41,213 nt of DNA from Candidatus Choladousia intestinipullorum (lineage in GTDB: Bacteria > Bacillota > Clostridia > Lachnospirales > Lachnospiraceae). This document shows positions 1-9,143 of the stretch, piece by piece; position 1 is the stretch's first letter; each line of letters opens with the position of its first letter. The notes under the pieces are model-generated. The model worked only from the letters and a program-made list of their open reading frames with translations. It was not told the DNA's origin and ran no database searches. The position numbers were made by a program, and so were the translations under genes. Where the stretch lies: positions 1 to 41,213 of the forward strand of contig DVHT01000045.1 of NCBI GenBank assembly GCA_018711885.1. The letters run 5' to 3'.

Positions 1-1
1 T

Positions 2-460
2 GTCCGGGTAAAAACAGTAGTGGGAAAAGACGATACGAAAACGCCGGCAGGCCGCCGCAGCTTATTTTTATTTGACGCCGCAAAAACCTGTTTTGAAAAA
101 ATAAAAGAAGAACAGGAAGCAAACAAGCGGTTCCTTAAAGACCAGTATAAAAATACAGAAGGCTATGTCTTTACATGGGAGGATGGGGCTTTGTATGACC
201 CGAACTATATTTCCAAGCTGTTTAAGAAAGCAACAACAGAATTTGGCAGACCGGAGATCACCTTGCATAAGCTGAGACATAGCTGTGCATCCATGCTGAT
301 TAACAAAGGATGGGATATCAAAAAGCTACAGTATTGGTTAGGCCATACCGACACAGCCACCACGCTGAATATTTATTCCCATTTTTACCGGGAGCGTCTG
401 AATGCCAGTGAGAATGACTTACAGGAAATATCCAGGGGAGCCGGAGAGCTTTTTGCGTAG
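2..460 (+). CDS. Tyrosine recombinase/integrase, C-terminal catalytic part (5'-truncated by the window edge)
   Basis: Frame is open from base 2 (VRVKTVVGKDDTKT...). Motifs TKT, HKLRHSCASML (HxxR), WLGH and NIYSH (catalytic Tyr). Confidence 0.95.
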   Translation, partial: VRVKTVVGKDDTKTPAGRRSLFLFDAAKTCFEKIKEEQEANKRFLKDQYKNTEGYVFTWEDGALYDPNYISKLFKKATTEFGRPEITLHKLRHSCASMLINKGWDIKKLQYWLGHTDTATTLNIYSHFYRERLNASENDLQEISRGAGELFA

Positions 461-468
461 CTGCATCA

Positions 469-492
469 TTTTGGGTAACGTTTTGGGTAACG
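469..492 (+). repeat. Tandem 12-bp direct repeat TTTTGGGTAACG x2, probable integrase arm-type binding sites
   Basis: Perfect copies at 469-480 and 481-492, just after the integrase stop. Function inferred from position. Confidence 0.65.
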
Positions 493-525
493 CCCTAATT
501 TTTAGGAATTTTTAGAGCATATCGA

Positions 526-569
526 GAAAAAGAAAAAACCGGAAACCCTTGTAAATAAAGGATTTCCGG
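526..569 (-). terminator. Intrinsic terminator downstream of tRNA-Pro
   Basis: Minus strand CCGGAAATCCTTT-ATTTAC-AAGGGTTTCCGG followed by TTTTTTCTTTTT. Confidence 0.8.
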
Positions 570-585
570 CGCCCCTGCCAAGGAG

Positions 586-659
586 TCGATGCGACAGGAT
601 TTGAACCTGCGACCTCTGCGTCCCGAACGCAGCGCTCTACCAAGCTGAGCCACGCATCG
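586..659 (-). tRNA. tRNA-Pro (anticodon CGG), CCA not encoded
   Basis: Reverse complement CGATGCGTGGCTCAGCTTGGTAGAGCGCTGCGTTCGGGACGCAGAGGTCGCAGGTTCAAATCCTGTCGCATCGA folds as a cloverleaf with a TTCGGGA anticodon loop and GTTCAAATC T-loop. Confidence 0.97.
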
Positions 660-672
660 TTTCAGCTTGCTC

Positions 673-701
673 AGTATAACACTATACTTTACAAAATGCA
701 A
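673..701 (-). promoter_or_regulatory. sigma-A promoter for tRNA-Pro
   Basis: TTGCAT-17 bp-TATACT with TG extension. Confidence 0.75.
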
Positions 702-775
702 GCCTTTTTTTCAATTTTTTTATATTTTTATATTTTTTTCTCTTATCTTTTCTGATGTCTCTGATCATGGATTTT

Positions 776-2155
776 TCAGGATATCATCCGCCATCCGGGA
801 TGGTACTTATTTTTCAGCGTTCCGTTTACAATCTTTCCCCAGCCGAGCGGATAACCGTTTACGCATACGAGCCTCCAGCCTTTTCCATTCCCCGAAGCCA
901 GCTCTTCTGCATCCACAGTCTCTCCGGAAAGATAGCGGCGGACGCGTTCGTCCGTGTATTCAAAGTCGATTGCGTCGCGGTATTCCCCGCTTTTTAATGC
1001 CATCGCAAAAGACTGCGCCGGCTCGAAGCGGCCGCGCCGGATCTCGCCGAGATACAGGCCGTTCCGCAAAAAAGGCAGGCTGCCGCCAAGCGGCGGCTGC
1101 TCCGGCACGAAATACGCCTGACCGTTTCGCACCTCGATCTGTTCCGCCTCCCATTCCATCGATACGGGTTCCATAAAGTCCTGCAGAATCCGCATCTCTT
1201 CTCTGGACGGGCGGCCGCCTCTTTTCGCCACCTTGCCATGTACGCCCGGCAGTTCGCCCTTTTTCTTTAACAGGGCCATAAAGTGCCCTTCCCCGCCCAT
1301 CTTATGAGGAAAAATCCGGATGCATTTTTCCGTCGGCCATTCTTTCGCCAGGGTAAATCCATGCGTATATCCTTCCTGCCACGGGATTTCCAAAAGCTCC
1401 ATCTCCGGATGTGTCTTCAGAAGATGCAGGATTGTGCCTTCATTTTCCTCCACTGCAAAAGTGCAGGTCGAATAAAGCATCAGTCCGCCCGGGCGCAGCA
1501 TCTGTACCGCCTGTCCGGTGATCTCGCGCTGGAGCTTCGCACACGCTTCAACTTTATCAAGGCTCCACGCTTTCGCATTCGCGATGTCTTTCCGGAACAT
1601 CCCTTCGCCGGAACACGGCGCATCGACAAGGATCTTGTCAAACGCCTCCCCAAAAGAAGCCGCCAGCTTTGCGGGAACGGCATTCGTGACAAACGAATTC
1701 TTCACCCCGAACACTTCGATGTTCTTAAGGAGCGCCCTGGCCCTCGACGCGCTGATATCATTCGCGACCAGAAGCCCCTCCCCCTGCAGTTTCGCGGCCA
1801 GAGCCGTAGCTTTTCCTCCGGGCGCCGCACACAGATCCAGCACATACTCCCCCGGAACGACCGGGAGGACGCTGGCCGGAGTCATGGCGCTCGGTTCCTG
1901 CAGATAATAAAGACCGGCAAAATAAAAAGGATGGCGCGCCGGGTCATCCTCTCTCTCATAGTAAAAGCCATTGTCGGTCCACGGGATCGGAGTCAGATGA
2001 AAGGGAGCCAGCTTTACGAAATCATCCACGCTGATCTTGAGTGTATTCACCCGGAGTCCGAATCTGCGCGGCTCCTCATACGTCCGTAAAAATGCTTCGT
2101 ATTCCTGCCCGAGCATCTGTTCCATACGTTTTAAAAAATCCTGCGGTAACTGCAT
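776..2155 (-). CDS. rsmF: RsmF/RsmB (NOL1/NOP2/Sun) family RNA m5C methyltransferase
   Basis: YYLQEPSAM, LDLCAAPGGK, DAPCSGEG, YSTCT motifs and C-terminal LKNKYHPG. Start moved to ATG 2155, after AAGGAGAAAGGG. Confidence 0.9.
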   Translation of the reverse strand: MQLPQDFLKRMEQMLGQEYEAFLRTYEEPRRFGLRVNTLKISVDDFVKLAPFHLTPIPWTDNGFYYEREDDPARHPFYFAGLYYLQEPSAMTPASVLPVVPGEYVLDLCAAPGGKATALAAKLQGEGLLVANDISASRARALLKNIEVFGVKNSFVTNAVPAKLAASFGEAFDKILVDAPCSGEGMFRKDIANAKAWSLDKVEACAKLQREITGQAVQMLRPGGLMLYSTCTFAVEENEGTILHLLKTHPEMELLEIPWQEGYTHGFTLAKEWPTEKCIRIFPHKMGGEGHFMALLKKKGELPGVHGKVAKRGGRPSREEMRILQDFMEPVSMEWEAEQIEVRNGQAYFVPEQPPLGGSLPFLRNGLYLGEIRRGRFEPAQSFAMALKSGEYRDAIDFEYTDERVRRYLSGETVDAEELASGNGKGWRLVCVNGYPLGWGKIVNGTLKNKYHPGWRMIS

Positions 2156-2168
2156 CCCTTTCTCCTTC

Positions 2169-2669
2169 TTATACATCCCAATCGTACTTCGTCAGTTCGC
2201 CCTGAAGCTTCATCTGCGCGAATCCGTTCTGCCGCAGCGCCTCATACAGGACGATCGCGGCTGCGTTTCCGAGGTTCAGGGAACGTGTCTCTCCGATCAT
2301 CGGTATCCGGATTGCCTCCTGAGGATGCTCTTTCAGGATCTCCTCCGGTATCCCCGCGCTCTCTTTCCCGAACATCAGATAGCAGTCCGGTTCATACGAT
2401 ACTTCCGTGTACACATTTCTGCCTTTCGTCGTGGCCATATAGATCCTGGCTCCTGGATTCTTTTCCAGAAAGTCCTGATAATTGACGTATCTTGTCACAT
2501 CGAGCTGCGGCCAGTAATCCATACCGGCCCTCTTAAGCGCTTTTTCTGTAAGACGGAACCCAAGCGGCTCGATCAGATGCAGTCTCGTACCGGTAGCCAC
2601 GCAGGTACGCCCGATGTTCCCTGTATTGGCCGGGATCTCCGGCTCATAAAGTACGATATTTAATCCCAT
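2169..2669 (-). CDS. trmL: tRNA (cytidine34-2'-O)-methyltransferase, SPOUT family
   Basis: PEIPANTGNIGRTC, LKRAGMDYW, FGKESAG, RSLNL. Confidence 0.93.
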   Translation of the reverse strand: MGLNIVLYEPEIPANTGNIGRTCVATGTRLHLIEPLGFRLTEKALKRAGMDYWPQLDVTRYVNYQDFLEKNPGARIYMATTKGRNVYTEVSYEPDCYLMFGKESAGIPEEILKEHPQEAIRIPMIGETRSLNLGNAAAIVLYEALRQNGFAQMKLQGELTKYDWDV

Positions 2670-2684
2670 ACTGTGTCCTTTTCC

Positions 2685-3686
2685 TTATGTTCCGAACTTC
2701 CGGTACCATTCATCCTGTGCCGGACGGTCGAGGAACCTGACGTCCTCTCCGTTTCGGATGATCCGTTCGTTCCGCTCCGTCGCACATCCGATGACCGAGG
2801 CAGAAATCCCGCTCCGCACAAGAGCCTGCACGAGTGTTTCCGGCTCCCTCGTGCCGATCAGCAGCGAACCGGCCGAATACAGATTGTACGGATTGAGGTC
2901 AAAATACTCGCAGATCTCCACTGTCTCCTGCCGGATCGGAATGCGCTTCAGATCAATGTCAAGACCGACATCCGCACGTTCCGCCATCTCCCAGAGCGCT
3001 CCGAAAACGCCGCCCTGCGACAGATCATGCATTGCATGAGCGCCGGTGGATACGGCGATGCGCGCTTCCGGAAGGACCGGCATCAGCGCCGCGAACCCTC
3101 TGGCATTCTTGATCAGGGAAAGCGGGAAACGCTTCCCAAGCTCCTCTTCCTTTTGAACTGCAAGCGCCGCAGTCCCGGCGAGCGCGATCCACTTCGTCAG
3201 GACAAGTCCGTCTCCCGGCCGCAGCACGGCCTGATCCCTTTCCGCCGTTTCCGGCTCTCTGCCAGAATCCGGCACCTCGCCGATTCCGGTGATATGATAC
3301 CATGGCCGCAAAACCGCAGAAGACCGTTCCGTATGTCCGCCGAGCACCTGCATCCCGTACTGCTTCGCAGTCTGTACGATCGCACGCATCCCGGCTTTCA
3401 ATACGTCTTCCCCGCTGTCTGCCGGCAGCACAGCATGGACCATCAGCGCCCGCGGTTCCCCGCAGGCAGCAGCAATATTGTTGACCGCCGCAGTCACAAG
3501 ATACCCCGGATCGTCTTCCCATCCCGGCACGGTGCTTACTGCTGTATAGACCGGAGCCGTCCCTGCCGTCTGCGGCAGGCAGGTGCAGTCCGCGCCGTAG
3601 CGCTTCCGGCATGCTGCCGGTTCCGGATCGATTTGCCGCAAAACAGAACGCATAAGCGCTGCTTCGGAAAGTTTTCCTGTCTGCAT
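2685..3686 (-). CDS. AIR synthase/PurM-HypE-ThiL-like family protein
   Basis: GKL start, AVNNIAA, VLGGHTE, AMHDLSQGG, SAGSLL. Lacks the HypE C-terminal PRIC. Confidence 0.8.
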   Translation of the reverse strand: MQTGKLSEAALMRSVLRQIDPEPAACRKRYGADCTCLPQTAGTAPVYTAVSTVPGWEDDPGYLVTAAVNNIAAACGEPRALMVHAVLPADSGEDVLKAGMRAIVQTAKQYGMQVLGGHTERSSAVLRPWYHITGIGEVPDSGREPETAERDQAVLRPGDGLVLTKWIALAGTAALAVQKEEELGKRFPLSLIKNARGFAALMPVLPEARIAVSTGAHAMHDLSQGGVFGALWEMAERADVGLDIDLKRIPIRQETVEICEYFDLNPYNLYSAGSLLIGTREPETLVQALVRSGISASVIGCATERNERIIRNGEDVRFLDRPAQDEWYRKFGT

Positions 3687-3732
3687 GATAGTCCTCTTCT
3701 TTCCCGCCGCAAAACGGCTGTCCTGTGCATCG

Positions 3733-5334
3733 TTATCCGATCACGGTAACGCCGTCCTCGGCATACTGCTCCGGAGGATCCACCATCTCCGGAGTCGTAG
3801 CGGCATCCGTCTGCTGCGGAGCTTCCGTCTGAACCGGTGCTTCCGTCTGCGCTGTCTCCGACTGCGTTGTCTCTGACTGTGCCGGAGTTTCGCTCTGCTG
3901 CGGAACGCCGTTTGCGATCAGATTCTGCACCTGTGCCAGGTCATTCTGTCCGATCGCCGTATAAAGCGCTGAAGAAAGCGCCTGATTATCCGTCACCACA
4001 CCGATCTCATAGATCGCAGGAGACGCCTGGTATGTACTGCTGTTGACCTGGATGGTCTCGGACAGCACACCGTCATAATAAATATTCTTCCAGAGCACTG
4101 CTGACAGTCCCTGATGCGGCGACTGTACCTGCACAAAATATCCGACATTCTGGTCTGTCTTTGCCACAAGTTTAATGTTCTGTGCCGGGTCCGTCTGGCT
4201 CGTTGTCTCACTGACAAATTCGATCGTACGGTTTGCCGGACGCGTTTCCACGCCGAATATCGTGAAATTCAGCGTTCCGTAATATGCGGAGCCTGAGATA
4301 TAGATCGGATTTTCCAGATTATTGGTAAACACCAGATCCATAACGCCCTCTGCGATCGCAGCGTCCTTCGACGGATCTACATAATTGACGATCATCGTGT
4401 GGTTGGAACGCGCATCAATCTGAAGCTCAGCCTTTAACAGCGCATTGTACAGCGTTGTCGATACCTGGCAGATTCCTCCGCCGTAGGAATCTACGACCTG
4501 TCCTGCCTCATACGAAGGCGCAAGCTCATATCCGTTCTCTGCCGTAAACGGCACTACGGCGTCTGTGACAGAAAAGCTCTCTCCCGGCATCAGAAGCGTA
4601 CCGTTCAATTTTGCCACTCCATTTTCAATATTTTTTGCTCTGGCAGCCGATGACGCGGAATAATCGGTCGTCGCCGTACCGAGCACACTGCTCATCTGCT
4701 GCAGCATCTCTGCCGTGAGCACCGGAGAAACGCGGTCTACCGTAGCCTCGATCGTTACATCTCCCGCTTCATACGTTTCCATCTGCTCCTTGAGGCTCAC
4801 AAGCGTAGCGTCCGCATCGAGTGTCAGGCCGTCTGTTCCGCCCTCTACATGGAGCATACCGTCATCCCCAACGTAACAGGTGCCTTCTACCGGCTCAGAA
4901 TTAAACTGCGCGCAGGAATCCACAAACGCTTCCTGTGCATCCTCATCAACAGAATACTCTATCTCATACTGTGCGCTCTCGTTCTGCAGATCCTTTTGTT
5001 CTTTGTAGCGGCGTACAATATTGCCCGTCTGTCCGAGCTGGCTGATCTCTTCGATCAGGTCTGTATTCTCCCACTGAAGGCCGAGCTCCTTCCAGCTCTT
5101 CGATATCAGTGAGTCTCCCATCTGGATCGTGATCATGGAATTTTCCAGCTTTTCAACTTCTCCCTCCACGTACGCTTCGGCCTCGTCGGCTGTCATCCCG
5201 CTGACGTCTTTGTCCCCGATAAAGACGCCGTCGCTGATCACATTCTGCTCATCGGCATAAACTCCCTGTGCGCCAGCCGCCAGACATACTGCAGCAGTAA
5301 ACGCGCCTGCGATGATTCTCCATTTTTTCTTCAT
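3733..5334 (-). CDS. Secreted VanW-domain protein with N-terminal peptidoglycan-binding-like region and acidic low-complexity tail
   Basis: Signal peptide (..VYA|DE), LNGTLLMPGESFS, GGGICQVSTTLYNA, DAAIA, (Q)SET/QTE repeats at the C-terminus. Confidence 0.88.
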   Translation of the reverse strand: MKKKWRIIAGAFTAAVCLAAGAQGVYADEQNVISDGVFIGDKDVSGMTADEAEAYVEGEVEKLENSMITIQMGDSLISKSWKELGLQWENTDLIEEISQLGQTGNIVRRYKEQKDLQNESAQYEIEYSVDEDAQEAFVDSCAQFNSEPVEGTCYVGDDGMLHVEGGTDGLTLDADATLVSLKEQMETYEAGDVTIEATVDRVSPVLTAEMLQQMSSVLGTATTDYSASSAARAKNIENGVAKLNGTLLMPGESFSVTDAVVPFTAENGYELAPSYEAGQVVDSYGGGICQVSTTLYNALLKAELQIDARSNHTMIVNYVDPSKDAAIAEGVMDLVFTNNLENPIYISGSAYYGTLNFTIFGVETRPANRTIEFVSETTSQTDPAQNIKLVAKTDQNVGYFVQVQSPHQGLSAVLWKNIYYDGVLSETIQVNSSTYQASPAIYEIGVVTDNQALSSALYTAIGQNDLAQVQNLIANGVPQQSETPAQSETTQSETAQTEAPVQTEAPQQTDAATTPEMVDPPEQYAEDGVTVIG

Positions 5335-5377
5335 AAATAAACAAATCCCCTCTGAGTCCCTTGATCCGTAAGCTGAA

Positions 5378-5485
5378 TTACACGAATGCAGAAAGAAGCG
5401 TGCTGGCTACCATCGCAAGTACGATTATGATAACGATCGCTGCAGCAATCTTTTTCTGTGTCTTTGAATTATTAAAGTTCATCAT
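5378..5485 (-). CDS. 35-aa single-TM microprotein (DUF4044/Prli42-like architecture), not in the ORF track
   Basis: Hand translation MMNFNNSKTQKKIAAAIVIIIVLAMVASTLLSAFV*. SD GAGGTG overlaps the upstream stop. Fills the operon gap. Confidence 0.8.
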   Translation of the reverse strand: MMNFNNSKTQKKIAAAIVIIIVLAMVASTLLSAFV

Positions 5486-5490
5486 CCTTA

Positions 5491-6204
5491 TCACCTCGTC
5501 ATTTTTCCATATTGAAAGATAATGTTGTCAATCATTCTCGACGCCTCGTTCTTTGTCAGCGTCTCGATTTCCACATTACTCTCTATTCTATGATATTTTA
5601 TCAAATCCCGCAAGTATACTTTTTGTGAATTCGTGATCGGCCCCTCTTTCTTGATCTTTGCCACAAGCGGCGCCGCTGCAAACAGTTCCGGCCGGATCTT
5701 TGCAAACTCTTCTTTCAGGCGTTCATACAGTCTGGCCGCGGTCAGCGCGTCATCGAGCGCGCGGTGGTGCTGCTCCTGCGGAATGCCGTAATATGCAGCC
5801 ATCTTATCGAGCGACCGTCCCGGAAGCTCTGGCAGGCACAGCCTGGAAATAGAAAGAGTATCGATCCCCTTCCGTTCAAACGTGCCGCCCAGATTGAGGA
5901 CATTGCGCTTCATAAAACTGTAGTCAAAAAGAATATTGTGCCCCAGCAGAATGCCTTCCCCGGCAAAATCCAGAAAGCCTTCCACCGCCTCAGAAAGCGG
6001 GGGACTGCCCGCCACCATCGCCTGCGTGATCCCGGTCAGCTCCGTGATCCGCGGCGGAATCCCGACGCCGCTGTCGATAAACGTCTCATACGTTCCGGTC
6101 ACTTCGCCGCCCTCAACTTTTACCGCCCCTATTTCCAGTATTTTATCGTATTTCGGCCGCAGTCCGGTCGTCTCCAGATCGAGCGCGATATAACTGTCTT
6201 CCAT
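5491..6204 (-). CDS. DEDDh 3'-5' exonuclease (DnaQ/PolC exonuclease-like)
   Basis: ALDLETTGL, GHNILFD, IDTL, HRALDDA. Confidence 0.9.
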   Translation of the reverse strand: MEDSYIALDLETTGLRPKYDKILEIGAVKVEGGEVTGTYETFIDSGVGIPPRITELTGITQAMVAGSPPLSEAVEGFLDFAGEGILLGHNILFDYSFMKRNVLNLGGTFERKGIDTLSISRLCLPELPGRSLDKMAAYYGIPQEQHHRALDDALTAARLYERLKEEFAKIRPELFAAAPLVAKIKKEGPITNSQKVYLRDLIKYHRIESNVEIETLTKNEASRMIDNIIFQYGKMTR

Positions 6205-6264
6205 CGCTTTGTATGGTTCCTCCCTTCTTCTGCCGGTCTCCGGCTGTATCTCTCTTTTGCCGCG

Positions 6265-8079
6265 TCAGCCCGGGATGTCCGTTTCTTCGATCCTGTAAAC
6301 CGCGGCACTATTCGTGAGCGCATCGCGCTCTGAATAGTCAAAGAGGAGCCAGTATACGTTTTCCTTCCCTGTATCCCGGCCGGATAACTCCCGGCAGAAA
6401 CGCTCCAGATGTGTCATCCGCATCATCTGTTTCCAGGTTCTCCCCTCGTATGCTTTCAGATACGTGTGTTCTTCGGCCTCTCTCCGGTAAAACGCTGCTG
6501 CCGCTTCATGGTACGGCTGCAGGTCGGCCGCCCAGCCCGGCCTGCTCTTCCCGTTTTCGCGCAGATAAAAGTCAAATGTGAGCAGTTCGTCAAACACAGC
6601 GCACCGCTCTTCGTACGGTGTCTGCGGTCCACGGTCCTGTGCATGAAATCCCTCACCCTGTGCCAGCGTATGCAGGATAAATCCCCGCAGCATTTCAAAC
6701 CGCTGCATCCTGGAATACGATTTCATCTCATTGCCGCAGGACGCATAGTAATCCGCCAGAGCCGCATACAGGTCAAACGGTTCTGCAAACTCTTTTTCCA
6801 GAGCCTCTATCGTATGGGCAAACTGTCCGCTGTTGTAATACACCTCCAGCATCTCTTCCACTTCCTTTAACCGCAGCAGTTCGTCACAGGAGATCCAGCG
6901 CGTCTTCAGCACTTCATACGGCGGGCTGCTCCGGTATACAATTCCGTATTCTTCTGCCCGCCTGTGCATCTCGGAGCCGCGCAGCACCTTCAGGAACCCG
7001 AGCTGGAGCTGCTGCGGCCTGAGGCTGTACACCGCATTGAACGAATGGCGGAAACTGGCAAAATCCTCAAACGGAAGTCCGGCGATCAGGTCCAGATGCT
7101 GATGGACATTTCTTCCTTCCGCAATCTGGCGCACCCGCTTTGCAATCTTTTCAAAAGACCCCGTCCGGTGGATTGCCGCCAGCGTTTCCTCATTTACCGT
7201 CTGAACGCCGATCTCAAGCTGCACCAGTCCGGGGCGCATCTTGCGCAGCAACTCTGTTTCTTCATCTGTCAGGATATCTGCGGCAATCTCAAAATGAAAA
7301 TTCGTGATCCCGTTATCCTGTTCCCTGATAAAGTTCCAGATCTCAAGCGCGTGGCTGTGCCGGCTGTTGAAGGTCCGGTCTACGAATTTCACCTGCTGCA
7401 CACGCTTTTCCAGAAAAAACGCCAGTTCTTTTTTCACGGTCGCTGTATTGCGGAATCGCACGCCCTTTTCAATAGAAGACAGACAGTAGCTGCAGGAAAA
7501 CGGACATCCCCTGCTGCTCTCATAATAAATGATCCTGTTTTCAAATGCCTTTTCCTTTTCCCGGACAAAAGGCGTCTCATAAACAAAAGGCAGACCGTCC
7601 ATATCAAGGATTTCCGGCGCTTTTCCTGCCTTTGCCTCCCCGTCTTTCTCGCGCCATACGATTCCGGGGATTTCCGCAAGACTGCCCGCGCTCCCCGCAT
7701 AATACTCCAGAAGCCTTGGAAAAGACCGCTCTCCTTCACCGCACATCACTCCCGCAAAGGCCGGATTTTCCTGCAGAAACTGCTCTGCATCATAAGAAAC
7801 CTCCGGTCCGCCGGCCCATATGGCTGTCTCCGGCAAAACTTTTTTCAGATCTTCTGCCAGAGAAAGGATGATCTCCCGGTTCCAGATATAACACGAAAAA
7901 AACAGCAGTTCCGGTTTTTTGCTGTATATCGCGCGGAATATGTCGTCTTTTGGCTGATTTACCGTATATTCTGCCAGCCGGACCATCGGTCCGTACGCCC
8001 CGGCCGACGCTTTCAGGCTGTATACGGCCAGATTGGAATGGATGTATTTGGCATTGACTGCCACCAGTAAAATATTCAT
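6265..8079 (-). CDS. B12-binding radical SAM protein (DUF4080-type C-terminus)
   Basis: NAKYIHSNLA, SCYIWN, GGPEV, GEGE, ESSRGCPFSCSYC (CxxxCxxC), VDRTFN, HLDLIAGLP. Confidence 0.9.
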   Translation of the reverse strand: MNILLVAVNAKYIHSNLAVYSLKASAGAYGPMVRLAEYTVNQPKDDIFRAIYSKKPELLFFSCYIWNREIILSLAEDLKKVLPETAIWAGGPEVSYDAEQFLQENPAFAGVMCGEGERSFPRLLEYYAGSAGSLAEIPGIVWREKDGEAKAGKAPEILDMDGLPFVYETPFVREKEKAFENRIIYYESSRGCPFSCSYCLSSIEKGVRFRNTATVKKELAFFLEKRVQQVKFVDRTFNSRHSHALEIWNFIREQDNGITNFHFEIAADILTDEETELLRKMRPGLVQLEIGVQTVNEETLAAIHRTGSFEKIAKRVRQIAEGRNVHQHLDLIAGLPFEDFASFRHSFNAVYSLRPQQLQLGFLKVLRGSEMHRRAEEYGIVYRSSPPYEVLKTRWISCDELLRLKEVEEMLEVYYNSGQFAHTIEALEKEFAEPFDLYAALADYYASCGNEMKSYSRMQRFEMLRGFILHTLAQGEGFHAQDRGPQTPYEERCAVFDELLTFDFYLRENGKSRPGWAADLQPYHEAAAAFYRREAEEHTYLKAYEGRTWKQMMRMTHLERFCRELSGRDTGKENVYWLLFDYSERDALTNSAAVYRIEETDIPG

Positions 8080-8120
8080 AAGATCCTCTTTTCAATCCTG
8101 CCTTTCCTATCGCACAAAGA

Positions 8121-8164
8121 GGCTATCGCAAAAATGCTTTGATCGCTGCATTTTTGCGACAGCC
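8121..8164. repeat. REP-like palindrome, copy 1
   Basis: GGCTATCGCAAAAATGC...GCATTTTTGCGACAGCC, related to the palindrome at 34587-34668. Confidence 0.65.
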
Positions 8165-8207
8165 CCATCCTTGTTTCCCACAATAGCAGCAGACAGGCGT
8201 GCCGGCC

Positions 8208-9140
8208 TTACAGCACCATCCTCGCTGCCCCGTAAATTCCCGCGTCATTTCCAAGCGTGGCAAGCGCGAATTCTGTGCCGCGGCACGCGGAAAACGCATA
8301 TTTCTGGTACGGTCCCGTAATATAATCGAGCAGGATCTGTCCTGCTTTCGACACACCGCCCCCGATCACGATCACCTGCGGATCCGATACCGTAGCCAGT
8401 ACGGCAAGCGTCTTTCCGAGGTACTCTCCAAAACGCTCTGCCACACGGATCGCGAGCGCATCTCCTTCCTTCACCGCATCCCAGACGCGTTTCGCGGAAA
8501 TCTTTCCCTCTCTCAAAAGAGACTGTTCCTCCGAGGCCGACAGCTCTTCTTTTGCCAAACGGACGATGCCGGTCGCAGAAGCCACCTGTTCCAGGCATCC
8601 GCAGTTTCCGCAGTTGCAGGGATCCGTGATCGCATCCTCGACGTGCGCATGTCCGATCTCGCCGCCTGCGCCGTGAGAACCGGCGACAATCTTATCATTG
8701 ATAATGATCCCTCCTCCTACGCCGGTGCCGAGTGTTACCATGATCAGGCTGTGGTAGCCTGCGCCGCCGCCCTTCCACAGTTCTCCAAGCGCCGCCACAT
8801 TCGCATCATTTCCTGCCTTGACCGGCAACCCTGTCAGCCGTTCCATATCACCTGCGATGTTTACGTATCCCCAGTGCAGGTTCACCGCGCAGGGCACTTC
8901 TCCGTTCTCATTGACCGGACCCGGGACTCCGATGCCGATACCGGCGATCTCTTCCTTGTCCAGTTTCTTCTCCTCGATCTTGCGGTTGATCGCATCCGCC
9001 ACGTCAGGAAGGATATTCACTCCGTTGTCCTCCGTGCGCGTCGGGATCTCCCACTTGTCCAGTACATCCCCCTCTGCCGAAAAGAGTCCGCATTTTACAG
9101 ACGTCCCGCCGACATCAATACCAAAACAATACTTTTTCAT
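8208..9140 (-). CDS. glcK: ROK family glucokinase
   Basis: GIDVGGT, GVPGP, NDANVAALGE, TLGTGVGGG, GEIGH, CNCGNCGCLE. Confidence 0.9.
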   Translation of the reverse strand: MKKYCFGIDVGGTSVKCGLFSAEGDVLDKWEIPTRTEDNGVNILPDVADAINRKIEEKKLDKEEIAGIGIGVPGPVNENGEVPCAVNLHWGYVNIAGDMERLTGLPVKAGNDANVAALGELWKGGGAGYHSLIMVTLGTGVGGGIIINDKIVAGSHGAGGEIGHAHVEDAITDPCNCGNCGCLEQVASATGIVRLAKEELSASEEQSLLREGKISAKRVWDAVKEGDALAIRVAERFGEYLGKTLAVLATVSDPQVIVIGGGVSKAGQILLDYITGPYQKYAFSACRGTEFALATLGNDAGIYGAARMVL

Positions 9141-9143
9141 ACG

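Larger units (their letters stand above)
1..585. mobile_element. Terminal part of an integrative element (ICE/IME/prophage) probably inserted at the 3' end of tRNA-Pro
   Basis: Integrase ends ~125 bp from the tRNA 3' end and points toward it. The duplicated att copy would lie outside the window. Confidence 0.7.

Noticed and set aside
495-701. 68-aa ORF on the - strand
   Set aside because: It is the translation of tRNA-Pro and its promoter.
2685-3686. HypE hydrogenase maturation or SelD
   Set aside because: It has no C-terminal PRIC, no SelD N-terminal Cys/Sec motif and no hyp or sel neighbours.
3820-3900. QSET/QTEA repeats in the VanW tail as a special repeat system
   Set aside because: This is an ordinary low-complexity linker of a secreted protein, and it is degenerate at the DNA level.
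3733-5334. VanW as evidence of vancomycin resistance
   Set aside because: No vanH/A/B/X/R/S genes are present, and stand-alone VanW-domain proteins are common in Clostridia.
5491-8079. Exonuclease plus radical SAM as an anti-phage system
   Set aside because: Both sit in a housekeeping run with core-like composition and resemble ordinary clostridial genes. There is no defence-island context.
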